Of a stretch of 64,000 nucleotides of DNA, positions 56,521-64,000 are shown piece by piece; within the stretch, counting starts at the first letter, position 1; each line of letters begins with the position of its first letter. Source of the stretch: Candidatus Caldarchaeales archaeon (GTDB lineage Archaea; Thermoproteota; Nitrososphaeria_A; Caldarchaeales; Calditenuaceae); the NCBI GenBank assembly GCA_039630085.1, contig JBCNVM010000001.1:192001-256000 (forward strand), written 5' to 3'. The position numbers were made by a program, and so were the translations under genes. Under the pieces are notes generated by a model, which saw only the letters and a program-made list of their open reading frames with translations, was not told the origin of the DNA and made no database searches.

Positions 56521-57354
56521 ATGCTTGTGACCGGTACCGACGTGAGGGACGCGCTGGTCAGGCTGATAAGGGTCGGTTCGCTGATAGCGGTCCTGGGCGC
56601 GGTCCACGTCCTAACCCTCCTCCTCGACTGGGTCTCCCTTCTCTACGACAACGTGATGGTCACGGGCGTCCAGGGCTACGACCTGACCACGAGCTTCCTC
56701 CTCTCGATGACGGCCGCGGCCCTCGCGGGGGCCTCCGGGGTCCTGGCCTCGGTCTCCACCAACGTCAGGGTCCTCAGGTTCGCGGTCCCGGCCTTCGCGC
56801 TCGGCGGCGCGGCCCTCGCGATCCTCTCACCGCTCTACTCGGTCCTCTACGTCCTCCCCTCGCTCCAGGTCGAGTTCAGGACCGAGGTGGGGGCGATCGC
56901 GGCGCTCTTCACTGGGGTCGCGATGGCCGGGGGCGGCGCGATATCCACGATGATCGGCCTGGTGGCCCTACGTCCCGAGAGCCAGCCCTCCGCCTACCAG
57001 CCCTACGCCCCGGTGGAGTTTGAGGCCGCAGAGGTCGGAGCGGCCTCGACGCCGGTCGCGCCGTCCGAGGAGGAGGTCTTCGAAGAGCTCCTGAGGGGCG
57101 AGCCCGAGGAGGCCTATACCGGCTTCGGGGCGCAGGCGCAGCAGGAGGCCCAGCAGGTCTTCACCCCTCCCTCGAGGTCTCCGGCTCCTCAGCAGCAGGC
57201 GTCTAGGAGGGTCTGCGTGATGTGCGGCGACGTCGTGCAGCCTTCGTCGCTGAGGACCTGCCCGGGGTGCGGCGAGCCGATGCACAGGGAGTGCGTCGAG
57301 ACCTGGAGGGACATAGGGGGCAGGTGCCCGAACTGCGGGACCCAGCTCTCCTGA
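56521..57354 (+). CDS. Membrane protein (~4 TM) with C-terminal C4HC3 RING finger
   Basis: Hydrophobic N-terminal half, acidic/Pro/Gln linker, CVMC-x11-CPGC-x4-HREC-VETW-x6-CPNC. Confidence 0.8.
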   Translation: MLVTGTDVRDALVRLIRVGSLIAVLGAVHVLTLLLDWVSLLYDNVMVTGVQGYDLTTSFLLSMTAAALAGASGVLASVSTNVRVLRFAVPAFALGGAALAILSPLYSVLYVLPSLQVEFRTEVGAIAALFTGVAMAGGGAISTMIGLVALRPESQPSAYQPYAPVEFEAAEVGAASTPVAPSEEEVFEELLRGEPEEAYTGFGAQAQQEAQQVFTPPSRSPAPQQQASRRVCVMCGDVVQPSSLRTCPGCGEPMHRECVETWRDIGGRCPNCGTQLS

Positions 57355-57392
57355 TGGGTTTTTCTATGACGGCCTGACGCTCGGGATCGGCG

Positions 57393-58865
57393 ATGTCCGG
57401 CAGGGTCTACGACGAGCTGATCGACCTCTCCCTCAGGAGGGGCTTCTTCTTCCCTTCCTGCGAGATCTACGACGACGCCCCCGCTGGCTTCTGGGACTAC
57501 GGCCCGCTAGGGCTGGGGCTGAGGAACAGGTTCGTCGAGGCCTGGAGGCGGTACGTCGTGAGGTACGACGGCATGGTCGAGCTCGACGGCTCGGTGATCA
57601 TGGCGAAGAGGGTCTTCGTCGCCTCGGGGCATCTGGCCTCCTTCGCGGACCCGGTCACCAGGTGCAGGTCCTGCGGCGCGATTTACAGGGCCGACAGGCT
57701 GGTCCAGGAGGCGACCGGGAGGATAGTCCCGGAGAGGCTCAGGGACGAGGAGATCTACGCGCTCATCCTCGAGCACGGGATCAGGTGCCAGAGGTGCGGC
57801 GGCGAGTTGGGGGGAGTCGAGAGGTTCAACATGATGTTCAGGGTCAGCGTCGGAGGCGAGGGCGAGGAGGCCTACCTCAGGCCCGAGACCTGCCAGTCGC
57901 TCTTCGTCGACTTCCTCAGGGCCTACAAGACGGGCTGGTCGAAGCTCCCGCTTCCCCTCTGCCAGTTCGGGAAGAGCTTCAGGAACGAGATCGCGCCCAG
58001 ACAGAGCCTCTTGAGGCTCAGGGAGTTCTACCAGGCCGAGGTCGAGGTCTTCTTCGACCCCGAGGACGAGGTCGATCCGGTGAGGTGGAGGAGGCTGAAG
58101 GACCACGTCCTGAGGTTCGGGGACGAGCGCGGGAACTTCACCGAGGTCACCGCCGAGGAGGCCCTGAACGGTGGGATCGTCTCCCACTGGCTCCCCGCCT
58201 ACTACCTGGCCCTGATCCAGAGGTTCTACGAGCTCCTGGGCGTCGAGAGGTCGAGGATACGGCTCAGGAGGCTCGGCGAGGACGAGAAGGCCTTCTACGC
58301 GAGGGAGGCCTGGGACCTCGAGGTCCTGACCTCGCTCGGGTGGATCGAGCTGGTCGCTTGCAACTACAGGGGCGACTACGACCTCTCCGGCCACGCGAGG
58401 GTGAGCGGGAAGGACCTCACGGTCCTGAACCGGAACAGGAAGGTCCTGCCGCACGTCTTCGAGCTCTCGATGGGCGTCGACAGGAGCGTCTACGTCCTGA
58501 TGGAGCTCGGGTACGCGAAGGAGCCCAAGAGGAGGGTCCTGAGGGTGCCCAAGTTCCTCGCGCCGGTCCAGGTCGCGGTCCTACCTCTGGTCGAGAGGGA
58601 CGGCCTCCCCGAGAGGGCATGGGAGATCTACGAGGGCCTCAGGGTCGAGTTCGACGCGGTATACGAGCCGAAGGACGCGATCGGGAAGAGGTACCACATG
58701 CTCGACGAGATCGGCGTCCCCTACTGCGTCACGGTCGACTACCAGACCCTCAAGGACGACACGGTCACGGTCAGGGACAGGGACACGACTCAGCAGGTGA
58801 GGGTCCACGTCTCGGAGCTGAGGGAGTGGCTGAACAGGGCGCTGGCTTACCCGCGGGCCGATTGA
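57393..58865 (+). CDS. glyS: Glycine--tRNA ligase (homodimeric archaeal/eukaryotic type)
   Basis: RRGF.F...EIY, DYGP.G, ASGH...F.DP, YLRPET.Q, FRNEI.PR..L.RLREF.QAE, IGKRY...DEIGVP..VTVD. Confidence 0.97.
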   Translation: MSGRVYDELIDLSLRRGFFFPSCEIYDDAPAGFWDYGPLGLGLRNRFVEAWRRYVVRYDGMVELDGSVIMAKRVFVASGHLASFADPVTRCRSCGAIYRADRLVQEATGRIVPERLRDEEIYALILEHGIRCQRCGGELGGVERFNMMFRVSVGGEGEEAYLRPETCQSLFVDFLRAYKTGWSKLPLPLCQFGKSFRNEIAPRQSLLRLREFYQAEVEVFFDPEDEVDPVRWRRLKDHVLRFGDERGNFTEVTAEEALNGGIVSHWLPAYYLALIQRFYELLGVERSRIRLRRLGEDEKAFYAREAWDLEVLTSLGWIELVACNYRGDYDLSGHARVSGKDLTVLNRNRKVLPHVFELSMGVDRSVYVLMELGYAKEPKRRVLRVPKFLAPVQVAVLPLVERDGLPERAWEIYEGLRVEFDAVYEPKDAIGKRYHMLDEIGVPYCVTVDYQTLKDDTVTVRDRDTTQQVRVHVSELREWLNRALAYPRAD

Positions 58866-58934
58866 GGGCCGCGGCGTTCGCCGGGAACACCTATAGGAAC
58901 GGGGATCGCCCTGCAGGTCGCTGAGGGTGATAGG

Positions 58935-59408
58935 GTGAAGCAGAGGGTGAGGCTCACCTGCGCGCTGGTCGACAGGCCCGGGACGCTCCTGAAGGTCCTC
59001 GAGCAGATAGCCCTCGCGGGCGGCAACATCATCTCGATCGTCCACAACAGGGAGAGCATAGCCTCGGGGTACGTCCCCGTCAGCATCAACGTCGAGTTCC
59101 CCGACGCCCAGAGCCTCGAGAGGGCCAGGAGGGGAATAGAGGGGGTCGGAGTCCCCGTGATGGGCGCCGAGAGCCTCGAGAGGCGGATGGTGACCGCGAT
59201 CGTGGTCGGAGGCGTGAGGCTCGACTCCCTCCTCTCCGAGCTCGAGTCAAGGGGTTACAGGGTCATCGAGTCCTCCGCCAGGGGGTTCGGCGAAGGCCTG
59301 ACCGTGAGGCTGCTCCTGGAGGTCCCGACGGGGAGGGTGAGGGAGCTGGAGGAGGACCTCGCGGCGATCGCGGAGAGGCACGGAGCCCTGGCCATCCCGG
59401 AGGTGTGA
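58935..59408 (+). CDS. ACT-domain protein (homoserine dehydrogenase regulator-like)
   Basis: L.DRPG.L..VL..IA..GGNIISIVH.R; directly upstream of hom. Confidence 0.8.
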   Translation: MKQRVRLTCALVDRPGTLLKVLEQIALAGGNIISIVHNRESIASGYVPVSINVEFPDAQSLERARRGIEGVGVPVMGAESLERRMVTAIVVGGVRLDSLLSELESRGYRVIESSARGFGEGLTVRLLLEVPTGRVRELEEDLAAIAERHGALAIPEV

Positions 59409-59412
59409 GGCG

Positions 59413-60405
59413 CTGGAGCTGAGGGTCTTCGTCAACGGCTACGGGTTCTTGGGGAGGCTGCTCGCGAGGAGGCTGGTCGAGGGCAGGGTCCCGGGCGCGA
59501 GGCTCGTCGGGGTCGCGAGGTCGTCGGGCTACGTCTACAGGGAGGAGGGCCTGACCCGGGAGGACGTCTCGGGGGAGATCAGGGACTCCGCGGCCTTCGT
59601 CGGTGGAAGCTCGGCCTCGCTGATCGGGGAGCGGGCCTTCGACGTCCTTGTGGAGCTGACGCCGACCAAGCTCCCCAGCGCGGAGCCGGGCCTCAGCAAC
59701 ATCAGGTCGGCCCTGAGGAACGGGATCGACGTTGTCACGGCAAACAAGGCGCCCATCTCGCTCCACTACGCCGAGCTGTCCGAGCTCTCGAGGTCCACGG
59801 GCTCCCTCCTGCTCTTCGACGCGACCGTGGGAGGGGGGATACCGCTGATAACGCTCAGGAGGCTCTGCATGCGCGGCGACGACCTCCTCTCGATCAAGGG
59901 CATCCTGAACGGGACCACCAACTACGTCCTCAGCAGGATGCAGTTCGAGGGGCTGACCTTCGAGCTGGCGCTCAGGGAGGCCCAGAACCTCGGGATCGCG
60001 GAGAGGGACCCGTCGCTGGACGTCAACGGCTACGACACCGCCCTGAAGCTGCTGATCCTCGCGAACTCCCTGATGGGGCTGAACAGGGGCCTCGGCGACG
60101 TCAAGGTCGTCGGGATATCCAGGGTCACGCAGGAGGCGGTCGCGGCGGCGAGGGAGTCCAACATGTCGGTCAAGCTGATCGGGTCCGTCGACGGGGAGGG
60201 TAGGCTCTCGGTCGGACCGAGGCTCGTGAAGGCCAACGACCCGCTCTGCGTCCACGGTACGCTGAACGCGGTCACGTTCAGGTTCAGGATCGCGGGGGAC
60301 CTGACGCTGATCGGCCACGGAGCGGGCGAGCCCACCGTCGCGGCCCTCCTCAACGACCTCCACCAGGTGGTCGAGCACCGGCTCAGAGCGAGAGCCTCAG
60401 GGTGA
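59413..60405 (+). CDS. hom: Homoserine dehydrogenase (probable CTG start)
   Basis: GYGFLG NAD motif, VVTANK.P, ATVGGGIP, GILNGTTNY.L, AQ.LG.AE.DPS.DV.G.D, G.GAG. Confidence 0.92.
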   Translation: MELRVFVNGYGFLGRLLARRLVEGRVPGARLVGVARSSGYVYREEGLTREDVSGEIRDSAAFVGGSSASLIGERAFDVLVELTPTKLPSAEPGLSNIRSALRNGIDVVTANKAPISLHYAELSELSRSTGSLLLFDATVGGGIPLITLRRLCMRGDDLLSIKGILNGTTNYVLSRMQFEGLTFELALREAQNLGIAERDPSLDVNGYDTALKLLILANSLMGLNRGLGDVKVVGISRVTQEAVAAARESNMSVKLIGSVDGEGRLSVGPRLVKANDPLCVHGTLNAVTFRFRIAGDLTLIGHGAGEPTVAALLNDLHQVVEHRLRARASG

Positions 60406-61159
60406 CCAGCGCGGCGAAGGCCGCGGTCGAGGCCGCGAGGACCGCGAAGTCCCTCCGGGTCGGCCTCAGGACGTAGAAGCTGGTCCTCTCCCTGACCGCG
60501 CCGTAGCACTTCACCTCGAGGGCCTCGGCCATCTCGAAGGACCTCTTCAGCGCGTTGATCACGACGGGTACGAAGGCCCTCACGTAGTTCCTGAACCTCT
60601 TGACCGGGTTCCTGGTGCTGTAGTCGACGCCCCGCAGCCTCTGGGAGTCGATCACCTCCTGGATCTCCTCGAGGAAGAGCGGCGCGAACCTTATCGCGGC
60701 CGTCATCGCGAAGGCGTAGTCCTGGGGCATCCTGAGGGACCTAAGGGTTGCGGCCATGGCCTCCGGCGAGACCGTCAGGAGGAAGAAGGAGAAGGAGACG
60801 ATCGCGGCGACGAACCTCATCAGCTGGGACGCGTTCAGCAGCGCGAACTCCAAGGTCAAGGGGTTGAGGCCCTGTGTGACGAACCCGAGCGCGTTGAGCA
60901 GCACAACGAAGGCCAGGAAGAAGGAGAGCGCCCTCACCGTCCTCAGGAGCCTCCTCGCGGCGCCCATGGCCCGGAGCGTGAGCGCCACGACGGAGAGGAC
61001 CGCCGCGGAGACCGGGATGCTGAGGAGGGGAGGCCTGTCGTAGATCAGTGTCGAGGCGAAGAGGTAGACCGCGATCAGGAGCTTCACCCTCGGGTCCAGC
61101 CTGATCAGGGCCGAGTCGACTTCCCTGTACCTCAGGAGGTCAGCGACGTTCACCGACAC
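60383..61159 (-). CDS. ecfT: ECF transporter transmembrane component T
   Basis: LDPRVKL, A.RF.P, SQRLRG, A.ALE.K.Y coupling motifs. Confidence 0.88.
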   Translation of the reverse strand: MSVNVADLLRYREVDSALIRLDPRVKLLIAVYLFASTLIYDRPPLLSIPVSAAVLSVVALTLRAMGAARRLLRTVRALSFFLAFVVLLNALGFVTQGLNPLTLEFALLNASQLMRFVAAIVSFSFFLLTVSPEAMAATLRSLRMPQDYAFAMTAAIRFAPLFLEEIQEVIDSQRLRGVDYSTRNPVKRFRNYVRAFVPVVINALKRSFEMAEALEVKCYGAVRERTSFYVLRPTRRDFAVLAASTAAFAALVTLRLSL

Positions 61160-61970
61160 GGGACTTGCACCTCAGGAGGCGCGCGACGCTTGAGACCAGC
61201 TCGTCGACCCTGTGCGTGGTCGGCACTCCAAGGTGGGCAAGACGCCTCGATATCACGACCGACTGGGGAGGGAGGAGGTTCGCGGACCTCAGGAGCTCCT
61301 CGTCGGAGAGGACGTCGGAGGCGGGGCCGGAGGCCAGCACCCTCCCCGAGCTCAGCACTGCGACGCAGGGGTCCAGCTCGGAGACGAACTCGACGTCGTG
61401 GGTCGCGACCACCACTCCCCTCCCTTCAGTCCTGATCGACTCGATCGTCTCGGCGATCGCCTCCCTTCCGGCCTTGTCCTGGCCGAGCGTCGGCTCGTCG
61501 AGGAGGACGTACTTCGGGTCCCACGCGAGGACGACCGCGATCGCGAGCCTCTTCTTCTGGCCTCCGCTGAGGGAGAACGGCGACCTCTCCCTGAGGCCGC
61601 TGAGCCCGAACCTCTCGAGGAGGGACTCGACCCTGCGCTCCGCGTCACCAATCCCGAAGTTCCTGAGGGCGTAGTTCATCTCCTCCCAGACGCTCTCGAG
61701 GAAGAAGAGGCTGTCCGCTATCTGGGGGACGTAACCTACCATCCTCGAGACCTCCTTCGTGGGCATCGAGTGGACTTCCCTGCCGTCGAGGAGGACCTTT
61801 CCGCTCTTCGGCTTCAGGAGTCCCACGAGGACCTTCATCAGCGTGGTCTTCCCGGCGCCGTTGCTCCCCATCAGGGCCAGCACCTCTCCTCCCTTCACCT
61901 GGACGTCGACACCGTCCAGGGCCACCTTCCCGCTGGGGTACTCGTAACGGACGCCCACGGCCTCCAGCAT
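61140..61970 (-). CDS. ecfA: ECF transporter ATPase
   Basis: GSNGAGKTT, PFSLSGGQKKR, DEPT.GQD, THD. Confidence 0.9.
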   Translation of the reverse strand: MLEAVGVRYEYPSGKVALDGVDVQVKGGEVLALMGSNGAGKTTLMKVLVGLLKPKSGKVLLDGREVHSMPTKEVSRMVGYVPQIADSLFFLESVWEEMNYALRNFGIGDAERRVESLLERFGLSGLRERSPFSLSGGQKKRLAIAVVLAWDPKYVLLDEPTLGQDKAGREAIAETIESIRTEGRGVVVATHDVEFVSELDPCVAVLSSGRVLASGPASDVLSDEELLRSANLLPPQSVVISRRLAHLGVPTTHRVDELVSSVARLLRCKSRVGERR

Positions 61971-62818
61971 CAGGGATCACCGGAGGAGACCAGCTCGACC
62001 AGCTCGCCGGCCGTCAGCGGCACCCTCCCGCGCCTGTTCGAGCCCGAGGCCGCGACCGCCCTGTGGTAGACCTCGGGGACCCTCGGGGGCTTGACCCCGA
62101 ACTCCGCGCCCGTGTGCCTGAGGAAGAAGTCCTGGGGCCTTCCGTCGAAGGCGATCCTCCCCTCGGAGAAGACGACGATCCTGTCCACCAGCGGGACCAG
62201 GAGGTCGAGCCTGTGCTCCGAGACCAGCATCGTCTTCCCCTCGGACCTGCAGTACCTCAGCACGAACTCGAGTATCTCCTGCGCCGAGACCGGGTCCAGC
62301 ATCGAGGTCGGCTCGTCGAGGAGGAGGACCTCGGGCCTCATCGCGATTATCGAGGCGATCGCGAGCCTCTGCTTCTGGCCTCCCGAGAGCTCCGCGGGGT
62401 TCCTCTTCCTCAGCTCCGCCATGCCGGTGGCCCTCAGTGCCTCCTCGACCCTCGCGAGCATCTCGTCCCTGGGGACGCCGAGGTTCTCGAGCGGGAAGGC
62501 GACCTCGGCCTCGACCGTCGTAGAGAAGAGCTGCGTCTCGGGGTTCTGGAAGACCATCCCTACCTTCGTCGCGATCACGTGGACCGGCGTCTCGGGGACG
62601 TTCAGGCCGCAGACCCTCACCGAGCCCTGGTACTCGCCCCTGTAGAAGTGCGGGACAAGCCCGACGATGGCCCTCAGGAGGGTCGACTTGCCCGAACCGG
62701 TCGGACCCACGACCAGCACGAGCTCGCCCTCGGAGACCTCGAGGTCCACGCCGTCCAGCGACCAGGCCTCGGAGCCCTCGTACCTGAACCTGAGTCCCTC
62801 GACCTCGATTACCGGCAT
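61970..62818 (-). CDS. ecfA: ECF transporter ATPase
   Basis: ATG at 62818; GPTGSGKST, FQNPE.Q, LSGGQKQR, DEPTS.LDP, EHR. Confidence 0.9.
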   Translation of the reverse strand: MPVIEVEGLRFRYEGSEAWSLDGVDLEVSEGELVLVVGPTGSGKSTLLRAIVGLVPHFYRGEYQGSVRVCGLNVPETPVHVIATKVGMVFQNPETQLFSTTVEAEVAFPLENLGVPRDEMLARVEEALRATGMAELRKRNPAELSGGQKQRLAIASIIAMRPEVLLLDEPTSMLDPVSAQEILEFVLRYCRSEGKTMLVSEHRLDLLVPLVDRIVVFSEGRIAFDGRPQDFFLRHTGAEFGVKPPRVPEVYHRAVAASGSNRRGRVPLTAGELVELVSSGDP

Positions 62819-63852
62819 CACTCCTCGACCGGCGTAGGGTTGTAGCCGAGCATGTCCCCGATCAACTCGACGCACCTCCTGAAGGCCTCCTCGAGCCCGA
62901 CCCGGACCCTCGCCCTCGCCGCAGCCGCGTGTCCCCCTCCCGCGCCGCCGTACCTCTCGACCAGCGGGTTGACCAAGTCCCTGACGGCGTTGAAGGAATA
63001 GGTCGAGACGACCTCGGCCGCGACCCTGACCGTCAGCTCCGAGAAGCCGTCGCGCTCGTCTCCGACGACCGCTATCCCCGCGCCCGCGGCCAGGAGGAGC
63101 CTGGCGACCGAGGGCCTGAAGGCGCTGACCCTTGTGAGTGCGATTATCACGTTCTCGCACCTGTAGAGCCTAGCCCTCTTGACGCCCTTCAGCCTCGCGA
63201 TCCTCTCCGAGTAGTCCGGCGGGACCTCGAGCCTCTCGGCCAACGCGCCCGGGTCAGCGCCGAGCTCGCCCAGAAGCCCGACCTTCCTGAGGGTAAGCGA
63301 GTCCGCGGCCGCGAGCCTCACCGTGTCGTAGTAGGTCCCGAAGTAGAGGGCGGTGGCCTCGAGGGGGCTCGGGGCCTGGCCCGCGACGACGCAGAGGTCC
63401 AGGACTACCTCCGAGCACGACCTGTAGCTCGGGTCCGCGAAGACCTCCGCCGACCCGAAAGGCCCCTGGGGCTGGTGGTGGTCGATCACGGTCAGCCTGC
63501 CCGCGGCCCTCGCCAGGGCCTCTCCGAGCTGCGAGGGCGACCCGACGTCGACCGCGACGTAGTGGTCCGATTCGGGGAGCTCCGCGGCGAGCTCGATCCC
63601 GAAGGCCGACGCGAACCTCGCTGCCGAATCGGAGACCTCCCCCGGGACGTGAACGTAGACCGCCGAGCACCCGACGGCCCTCTCGAGGAGCGACTTCAGG
63701 GCCATCGAGGAGGCCAGCGAGTCCGGGTCGCCCCCCACGTGCGTGAGGACCGTGACCCTCAGGCCCCTCAGCGACCTGAGCCTTTCCCAGAGCCTACCGA
63801 CGAGCTCGGGAGACCTGATGAGGCCCTCGCGCGCCGCCGACCGGGCTCTCAC
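62818..63852 (-). CDS. DHH-family phosphoesterase
   Basis: H..DPD, VD, IDHH, DT, GGGH..AA; follows prefoldin beta. Confidence 0.85.
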   Translation of the reverse strand: MRARSAAREGLIRSPELVGRLWERLRSLRGLRVTVLTHVGGDPDSLASSMALKSLLERAVGCSAVYVHVPGEVSDSAARFASAFGIELAAELPESDHYVAVDVGSPSQLGEALARAAGRLTVIDHHQPQGPFGSAEVFADPSYRSCSEVVLDLCVVAGQAPSPLEATALYFGTYYDTVRLAAADSLTLRKVGLLGELGADPGALAERLEVPPDYSERIARLKGVKRARLYRCENVIIALTRVSAFRPSVARLLLAAGAGIAVVGDERDGFSELTVRVAAEVVSTYSFNAVRDLVNPLVERYGGAGGGHAAAARARVRVGLEEAFRRCVELIGDMLGYNPTPVEE

Positions 63853-64000
63853 GCCTCCTCTGACCGGCCTGACCCCAGGCTCATCTGTATCTCCTTCTGG
63901 AGCGTCGCGATCTGGCTCCTCGTCCTCGCCTCCTGCTTCTCGAGGACCTTCAGCCTGGTGTCGTTCAGGTCCCTCTTCTCGGAGAGCTCGCTGATCACCT
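63849..64000 (-). CDS. pfdB: Prefoldin subunit beta, C-terminal part (truncated by window edge)
   Basis: Manual translation VISELSEKRDLNDTRLKVLEKQEARTRSQIATLQKEIQ..., stop at 63849; conserved pfdB-DHH gene order. Confidence 0.75.
   Translation of the reverse strand, partial: VISELSEKRDLNDTRLKVLEKQEARTRSQIATLQKEIQMSLGSGRSEEA

Overview
GC-rich archaeal chromosomal window. TFB, aIF1, eL34, eS17, prefoldins, EgsA, deoxyhypusine synthase, a TackOD1 protein and strong AGG-Arg usage suggest a thermophilic TACK archaeon, most likely Aigarchaeota/Caldarchaeales-like; that placement is inference. Most of the window is housekeeping: a liv ABC transporter end, a rearranged uL15-secY-DUF106-eL34-cmk cluster, cysS, glyS, ftsY, the mevalonate entry operon (HMG-CoA synthase/thiolase/DUF35), fni and an ECF transporter. 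Two tRNA genes are present, Thr-TGT with a 22-nt intron and Arg-CCG, each followed by a lower-GC toxin-antitoxin islet. No rRNA, CRISPR array or transposase was seen. Most notable: (1) a multi-pass membrane protein ending in a C4HC3 RING finger, a candidate membrane-anchored ubiquitin E3; (2) a TackOD1 zinc-ribbon gene overlapping a processive GT2 synthase gene; (3) a 419-aa intein splitting the CxxxCxxC motif of a radical SAM enzyme; (4) a mevalonate thiolase whose nucleophilic Cys is replaced by Glu; (5) three GH130 domains next to a GAPN-like dehydrogenase; (6) a disrupted FN3-CBM-glycoside hydrolase surface protein; (7) several non-coding signals (CTG start, leaderless uORF on tfb, multi-stem element after vapC, nested inverted repeat at the mevalonate/Lrp promoter). 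All family assignments come from motif recognition by eye, not database searches.
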